This document shows, piece by piece, positions 58,776-64,000 of a stretch of 64,000 nt of DNA. A program made the translations under genes and the position numbers. The DNA is taken from contig OZ244971.1 in NCBI GenBank assembly GCA_965222775.1, forward strand, positions 1,309,165 through 1,373,164, in the 5' to 3' direction. This stretch comes from Hyphomicrobiaceae bacterium. GTDB lineage: Bacteria > Pseudomonadota > Alphaproteobacteria > Rhizobiales > Hyphomicrobiaceae. The notes beneath the pieces are model-generated. The model did no database searches. It had not been told where the DNA came from and saw only the letters and a program-made list of their open reading frames with translations. Position 1 is the first letter of the stretch, and each line of letters starts with the position of its first letter.

Positions 58776-59918
58776 TTATGTTTGTGTGATGTCGATTTCT
58801 TCCGAAACATGGAATGAAATGTCGAGGTCTTGGACTTCGTCTACGAACTCTTGAAGCGTGAATTCTTCAAAACACGGTCGTGCGCCCGGTTTGATGTCAC
58901 CTGTTAGTGAAAAGCGTCTCGCCAAGATTACGGATGCGATGGCAGGGATGTTTGGTCCGTGGCCGCTTTCAGCAATCAACGTCCATTGGAGTTTTTTTGG
59001 TTTGCCCTTCTGATCGCGGCCGTGAAGTGCGACGTACATTCCGCCTTTGTTGCTACCAAATGAAACGAATAAGCTGTTGATGTTGCGGAGTACGGATGCT
59101 GCGGGCTCGAGGCTGTGAACGAGTCTTGATCGAACGAGCCCAGAAAGTGACCATAGGCCCAAGTGAATGAACGACAGCTCGACGCCGCCCTTGAATGAAA
59201 CGGTTTGCAGTTTTGGGTCGTTTTCAACAAAGAGATCTAGGTCGGGGACTTCGGCATAACCAAGCCAGCGATGGCCCAGCTTATGAAAGTCATGGCGTGA
59301 TAGGCCCTGCCAGCCATAAACGTTTTGCCAATCGCGATTGATCCACATCTTTATCGGTTTGCCGACGTAGCTTAGCACAGACCGCATGGTGGCAATGCCG
59401 AATTCGAACTGATAGCCCGGCGATAGACCGATGTGAACGTCTTCAAGGGATTGAAACCGTGGTCGGTAATTGGCGACAACAGCAGATGATAGTCCTGGTA
59501 AAGAACTGGCGCCACTTATGACGGCAACACCAGCTTCCTTTGCTTGGTTATCGAGAGTTTTGATTCCAACTACAAACGTACGGGAGTCGGCGAGATCAAT
59601 GTAGTGAATGCCTGCTGCAATGCAGGCGGAAGCTAAGCTGTAGTCCTGATGTTGAAATGGGCCCGACGCGTTTATGATGACGCGCGCTTTTGTTTCTGAC
59701 AGGTCTTTTGGTTTGCATGTCGTTGCATCAATCGTGGTGTGATTGATACGCGCCTTGGTCCGGTTATCTGCAGCCAATTGTTTGGCTGTTAATTCGGCGC
59801 GGTCAGCGTTTCGCCCGGCAATAACAATCTCGACGTCCTTGTTACGAACCAAGCGCTGGGCCGCCATGATTCCAAATGCGCCATATCCGCCGATGATCAA
59901 TATTCGTGACGGTGGCAT
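58776..59918 (-). CDS. Saccharopine dehydrogenase-like NAD(P)-binding oxidoreductase
   Basis: N-terminal Rossmann motif ILIIGGYGAFGIMAAQRL and a saccharopine-dehydrogenase-family body. Confidence 0.7.
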   Translation of the reverse strand: MPPSRILIIGGYGAFGIMAAQRLVRNKDVEIVIAGRNADRAELTAKQLAADNRTKARINHTTIDATTCKPKDLSETKARVIINASGPFQHQDYSLASACIAAGIHYIDLADSRTFVVGIKTLDNQAKEAGVAVISGASSLPGLSSAVVANYRPRFQSLEDVHIGLSPGYQFEFGIATMRSVLSYVGKPIKMWINRDWQNVYGWQGLSRHDFHKLGHRWLGYAEVPDLDLFVENDPKLQTVSFKGGVELSFIHLGLWSLSGLVRSRLVHSLEPAASVLRNINSLFVSFGSNKGGMYVALHGRDQKGKPKKLQWTLIAESGHGPNIPAIASVILARRFSLTGDIKPGARPCFEEFTLQEFVDEVQDLDISFHVSEEIDITQT

Positions 59919-59942
59919 CTGGGTCTTGTCCGCTATGTTGCC

Positions 59943-61205
59943 CTATAACCTTTTGCGTTTTCTAATACGTTTCGCGCTGCGCTTGGGTTTCTTTTTGCGC
60001 TTTGACTGTTGGGCGGCAGCTAACTTGCGGGCCAGTTGCTTTCGTTTGAGAGCAACGAATTTTCGGCAGCTTGCACGTTTCAGCGAACACTTAATCTTGA
60101 AAGTTGGTGTGGCGCGCTGTTTTGATTTTTTGAGTTTTGCGTGCGCCCACTTTCTATAAGCTTTTTCCTTTTCCAGCGTGTACGATGGCAGCGCGTTCTT
60201 TCCCGGCATTTCGGCCAGAATCCACTTTTCGCGTGCGGTCAGTGTTCGCCACTGGAACGGGTGGTTCGCAATACTCTCTAATAATATCTCTGCTTCTAGT
60301 CTTGCGACGGTTTCGTCGCATGGTGCTAAAGGGCTTGAAGCGGCCACCTCCTGGGGGCCGGAGGGTTTGGCAAAATAGCGACCCTTGCAGACGCTCACGT
60401 CAACGGGGCGATGGGTTTGTTCGAAGGCCTGATAACCGGTCTTCAGATCGTTCCAAAAATCAAACCATTTGCTTGATCCGTGTTTTGCCAGATTGGCGGG
60501 CGTCATGCGAAATGGAAAGACGTGCACTTGGGCATGGCGTTGACCAGCCTTAAGGGCAGATTCGGTGAGTTGAAAGATTTCTTCCATGACTTCGTTGGTC
60601 ATGGCGTAACATCCGGTCGATGAGCAGCCGCCGTGTACAAGAATGTAAGAGCCGGTGCGGGATAAGGAACGGTCAAAGACGTTGGGGTATCCAAGATTAA
60701 GGGATCGTGGCCAGCGGCCCGCACGGTGTAGGGCGCGGCGGGTCAGCGTATAAAACCCTTCCGGAGATTGCTTGTCGCCCTCAAGGATTTTGGGGCCAAG
60801 TTCGCCGGACCAATTGCAAATTGGGTATTTGGCAAAGAGCACGTATGAGTCTTCTTTGCCCATCCACAGTTCGAGTTCTGATTCCTGTTTGAAGATTCGA
60901 ATCAGAACAGGTGCGCCTTCTTCAATGCCCTTTTCCTTCAGGCGGGCTTCGCGTTTTGAAAGATTTGGCGTTCCGTCTAGCGGTAGTTGGCCTGTTTCTG
61001 CGAGGCGCTGACGTTCAATGCGGTCTGATGCGGCGGCTTTGAGCTCAATTGTTATGGCGAGGCTGGCGGACGAAGAAGCAATACTTGAAACAAGGGCGAA
61101 GGCGGCAAACACGACATATCGGAATGCCAAAGCGCAGCATTGAACGGGAACCTGCGCGGTATTCGCAAAATGGCCTGTGCATCTTAATAACGGGATGCCC
61201 GTCAT
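59943..61205 (-). CDS. YafK/DpaA-like L,D-transpeptidase-family protein, paralog 1, with a strongly basic K/R-rich C-terminal tail
   Basis: Conserved core RIFKQESELELW...YPICNWSGELGPK...GDKQSPEGFY...LGYPN.FDR...VHGGCSSTGCYAMTN...FPFRMT shared with the two downstream paralogs. The C-terminal ~60 aa are almost entirely K/R (…KRKKKPKRSAKRIRKRKRL). Confidence 0.65.
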   Translation of the reverse strand: MTGIPLLRCTGHFANTAQVPVQCCALAFRYVVFAAFALVSSIASSSASLAITIELKAAASDRIERQRLAETGQLPLDGTPNLSKREARLKEKGIEEGAPVLIRIFKQESELELWMGKEDSYVLFAKYPICNWSGELGPKILEGDKQSPEGFYTLTRRALHRAGRWPRSLNLGYPNVFDRSLSRTGSYILVHGGCSSTGCYAMTNEVMEEIFQLTESALKAGQRHAQVHVFPFRMTPANLAKHGSSKWFDFWNDLKTGYQAFEQTHRPVDVSVCKGRYFAKPSGPQEVAASSPLAPCDETVARLEAEILLESIANHPFQWRTLTAREKWILAEMPGKNALPSYTLEKEKAYRKWAHAKLKKSKQRATPTFKIKCSLKRASCRKFVALKRKQLARKLAAAQQSKRKKKPKRSAKRIRKRKRL

Positions 61206-61416
61206 CTAATATTCCTTTGCCGCGGACGCTTCGACATCACTTGGTCTGTTTGTGTCAAAGGCCTGACTTATCGTTCAATTCTGTTGAGCATGTGACAACT
61301 GCGTCGTCTCATCGCGTTGTTTATCTAACGCTATCAAGACCTTCAACCTTATAAGATCCTATCCTATTGACCGTGTGAATGCAGACCGCTCATTAGCATA
61401 TTCGTTGCAAAAACAC

Positions 61417-62313
61417 TTAATTGGTACGGGTTGAAGATTTTGCGGCAAAAATCTTAACGCCTTGGCAATCTGCCATTATCTTTTCGCTGCCATTTGAACC
61501 GTTTTTGCCAGGTTTGAACGCGTATTGTTTTTTGCAGATGGATACTTTTGGCGGGATATTTGACTGCTCGAATAGATCATGTCCAATTTTAAGTTGCTGC
61601 CAAAACGTCGCCCACTGATTGTTGGCGCGTTTATTTAAGGCTTCTTGTGTCATGCGGAATGGGAAGATTTGGACTTGAAAGCGTTCCTGGCCTTGTTTCA
61701 GGGAGTGCGTCACAATTTTCCAGATCTCGTCAATGATATCATTTGTCATTGCATAACATCCAATGGATGAGCAGCCACCGTGAACCATGAGAAAGTCGCC
61801 GGTGCGTCCGTGTTTGCGGTCGAATAGGTTTGGGTAGCCAAGATTAAATGACCGGTGCCAGCGGCTGTTGGGGTTTAGCTGATCAGTGGCCACTGTGTAA
61901 AAGCCCTCGGGTGCTTGCCGGTCTCCTTGCTTGAGTTTCGGGCCTAGGTGACCTGAAAAACGACAAATGGGATAGGTCGCAAAATGATGGAAGCGACCAT
62001 CTTTTTGCATCCAAATTTCGAGTTCAAATTCTTGTTTGAAGATGCGCATGAAAATTGGTGCGCCAAGTTTGAAACCCGCATCTGCAAGGCGTCTATCAAA
62101 GTTGTTGAGTTTGGGTGTTCCGGGAATTTTTATTCCGGCACGTGCGTAGGCTTTGCGCCAGGTTCGTTCTGCGCGCAATCCAATGAGATCCGGGTCGTCT
62201 GTTAGGAGTTCTGCGTAGCGATCGAAAACGAATATGGCCAGCGCAAACAATGCTGCTAAGACCAAGAACGTTGCCAGAATTGGTTTTCGCCTACGCTTTT
62301 GTTTTGAGGCCAT
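61417..62313 (-). CDS. YafK/DpaA-like L,D-transpeptidase-family protein, paralog 2 (N-terminal TM anchor)
   Basis: MASKQKRRRKPILATFLVLAALFALAIFVF anchor, then the same conserved core (IFMRIFKQEFELEIW...YPICRFSGHLGPK...VHGGCSSIGCYAMTN...FPFRMT). Confidence 0.65.
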   Translation of the reverse strand: MASKQKRRRKPILATFLVLAALFALAIFVFDRYAELLTDDPDLIGLRAERTWRKAYARAGIKIPGTPKLNNFDRRLADAGFKLGAPIFMRIFKQEFELEIWMQKDGRFHHFATYPICRFSGHLGPKLKQGDRQAPEGFYTVATDQLNPNSRWHRSFNLGYPNLFDRKHGRTGDFLMVHGGCSSIGCYAMTNDIIDEIWKIVTHSLKQGQERFQVQIFPFRMTQEALNKRANNQWATFWQQLKIGHDLFEQSNIPPKVSICKKQYAFKPGKNGSNGSEKIMADCQGVKIFAAKSSTRTN

Positions 62314-62386
62314 TGTTCTCCTACTGCGATCAGATTTTGACGCAGAAACACTTGTTAGACTGGAACAATGAACTAGGGAAAAATGG

Positions 62387-63454
62387 TTAATTCAAGCCGC
62401 GGACGGACGGGTCCACGTTTTCACGGTCTGCGACGCTGCTATCTTTAGCAAGAAAACCGGAGTGAACCATCTTCGGTACGGGAGGGCCGCCCAATGCCAT
62501 GCTTGTGCCAGATGATCCATCGTAGCCGCCTGTCGGGAATGAGGCAGGTTCAGACGGTGGGATTTTTGATTGCGCGAACTGGCGCATTTTTGGGCCTTTG
62601 ACAGTGATGCGCTCCATCGCGATTTGTGCTTCCGATGGCCTGGGTACAAAGGGCTCGATTTGTGGCCGCTTAAACCTTGGGCAAGCACCGTCAGGCCTTA
62701 TGCGTCTGCGGGACTGAAGACTAACGTTCACCACATAGCGGCGTTCGCAAACAGCCACGTCCGGTGGGATTCTGTGGACCTCAAAATGATCGTAGCCTTG
62801 CTTGAGGATTTTCCAAAATCTCATCCATTTGTTTTTGCGATGACGTATCATGTTGGCGTGCGTCATACGGAATGGAAACGCGTGGACGTGAAACTTTTGT
62901 TGACCGCCTCTAAATGCTTCGCGGGCTAGCGCGTAGATTTCTTCCATCAACGCGTCTGTCATGGCGTAACAGCCGGCCGAACGGCACTTGCCATGAACCA
63001 TGAGAAATTTACCCGTGCGGCGACGTGAGCGGTCGTAGAGATTTGGGTAGCCCAGATTAAATGCGACGTGAAAATCTGAGTTGGGATTCATCTGATGGGA
63101 GGCAACGGAATAAAAGCCCTCAGGCGCCTGTTTGTCGCCTTTCGCGAGCTTGGGTCCAAGTTTGCCTGACCAATTGCAGATTGGATAGGTTTTGTAATGG
63201 TAGAAACGTCCGTCGTCTCGACCCTTCCAAACTTCCAGTTCGGATTCTTCTTTAAAGATGCGAACAAATATCGGGGCGCCTAGGCGCATGCCTTTGCGAG
63301 ACAAAAGTTTAGAAGACTCTTTGGTGAGCGGCTGTTCGGATGGCGGCAATTGAGGTGCAGAGCCGCACGCAGTGACAAGCATAGCGCAGACGGCGCACAA
63401 CACGCCGCGCACAATCGCTGCGGAATTTTCTCGCAACCAGATGATCAAACCCAT
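62387..63454 (-). CDS. YafK/DpaA-like L,D-transpeptidase-family protein, paralog 3 (predicted lipoprotein)
   Basis: Lipobox-like N-terminus (...AMLVTAC-G), then the conserved core (IFVRIFKEESELEVW...YPICNWSGKLGPK...VHGKCRSAGCYAMTD...FPFRMT). Long Gly/Ser/Pro-rich low-complexity C-terminal tail (…PSEPASFPTGGYDGSSGTSMALGGPPVPK…), not basic. Confidence 0.65.
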   Translation of the reverse strand: MGLIIWLRENSAAIVRGVLCAVCAMLVTACGSAPQLPPSEQPLTKESSKLLSRKGMRLGAPIFVRIFKEESELEVWKGRDDGRFYHYKTYPICNWSGKLGPKLAKGDKQAPEGFYSVASHQMNPNSDFHVAFNLGYPNLYDRSRRRTGKFLMVHGKCRSAGCYAMTDALMEEIYALAREAFRGGQQKFHVHAFPFRMTHANMIRHRKNKWMRFWKILKQGYDHFEVHRIPPDVAVCERRYVVNVSLQSRRRIRPDGACPRFKRPQIEPFVPRPSEAQIAMERITVKGPKMRQFAQSKIPPSEPASFPTGGYDGSSGTSMALGGPPVPKMVHSGFLAKDSSVADRENVDPSVRGLN

Positions 63455-63765
63455 GACGCAGTGCCCCTAGCGCACGTCGACCACCATCGAATCCGTAGGC
63501 TTAACAAAGCGTTAACAATCCCTCATTGCAAGCCCAAAGGCATAGTGAATCAGTAAATGTGATCTATGACTCTTTGATATGGAAATGGGCCGGGAAAATG
63601 GCGTTTCGGGTCGGTCTCAAAGGTACGAATTGGCGAGGTGGGTTATGCTCGCGATGGGCCCATTCCCGCGCCAACGCCGCGTAGTCTGTTCATTTTAAAG
63701 GGTTTTTTGGGTCGTAGCCGTGGTTTAGTGGTTATGGGCCCGCCAGATGTAGGCATCATTTTCGG

Positions 63766-64000
63766 CTAGACGTTTCTGCCCATTTCAAGGAAGCGCTCGC
63801 TTCGCTGGTTGCGGATCTCGTCGGCTTTCAAGCCTGAAAGTTCCTTGAGGGCCGTTGCGATGGCATCGCCAGCGGTTTTGATCATGGCGCCTGGATCGCG
63901 GTGGGCGCCGCCGATGGGTTCGGGGACAATGGAGTCAATTATTCCAAGAGTCTCAAGATCTTGGGCGGTGATCTTCATAGCTGCGGCGGCATCTTCTTTC
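63766..64000 (-). CDS. accA: Acetyl-CoA carboxylase carboxyltransferase alpha subunit AccA, C-terminal end. The gene continues beyond the window
   Basis: ...LGIIDSIVPEPIGGAHRDPGAMIKTAGDAIATAL...RNQRSERFLEMGRNV aligns with the AccA C-terminus (...[22 protein letters not shown]...). Confidence 0.7.
   Translation of the reverse strand, partial: KEDAAAAMKITAQDLETLGIIDSIVPEPIGGAHRDPGAMIKTAGDAIATALKELSGLKADEIRNQRSERFLEMGRNV

Noticed and set aside
1-64000. CRISPR arrays, rRNA genes, intact IS elements/transposases/integrases
   Set aside because: No regularly spaced short direct repeats and no recognisable transposase or integrase ORF. The only mobile-element evidence is indirect: tRNA 3'-end duplicates and tRNA-like scars

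Overview
This window reads as a chromosomal segment from an alphaproteobacterium. Lineage is an inference from gene content and order: dnaK, hrcA-grpE, rph-rdgB-hemW, lpoA-like<->rsmI-yraN, grxC-nit-DUF1178, argJ-ppiase-secA, and a bioBFDA operon ending in a FabH-like bioZ, which is a Rhizobiales-type arrangement. Most of the window is conserved housekeeping: heat shock, tRNA modification, biotin synthesis, trehalose otsB-GH15-otsA-glk, tungstate ABC transport, secA, accA. Two regions stand out. (1) An accessory islet at about 30.0-35.8 kb: a PspA/LemA/M48-peptidase membrane-stress cluster, then two tandem tRNA-like elements with intact T-arm/acceptor/CCA but no functional anticodon loop, an SPFH (band-7) protein, a pair of ~55-bp direct repeats, and a two-gene minus-strand operon. 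The operon encodes a 2-3TM protein with an uncharacterised Rossmann-like C-domain, followed by a multidomain REC-like/TM/beta-rich/C-terminal TIR protein. This operon is my best candidate for an undescribed TIR-based signalling or defence system. (2) A tRNA-Ala(CGC) gene followed about 230 bp later by a decayed copy of its own 3' half, which looks like an att-site scar. Other items worth a second look: three tandem YafK/DpaA-like L,D-transpeptidase-family paralogs, one with a strongly basic C-terminal tail and one with a Gly/Ser/Pro-rich low-complexity tail; a frameshifted LpoA/LivK-like periplasmic binding protein gene; RdgB fused to an unknown ~100-aa C-terminal domain; and a Pho-box-like site upstream of a Tat-signal PhoX phosphatase. 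No CRISPR array, rRNA or intact IS/transposase was seen.
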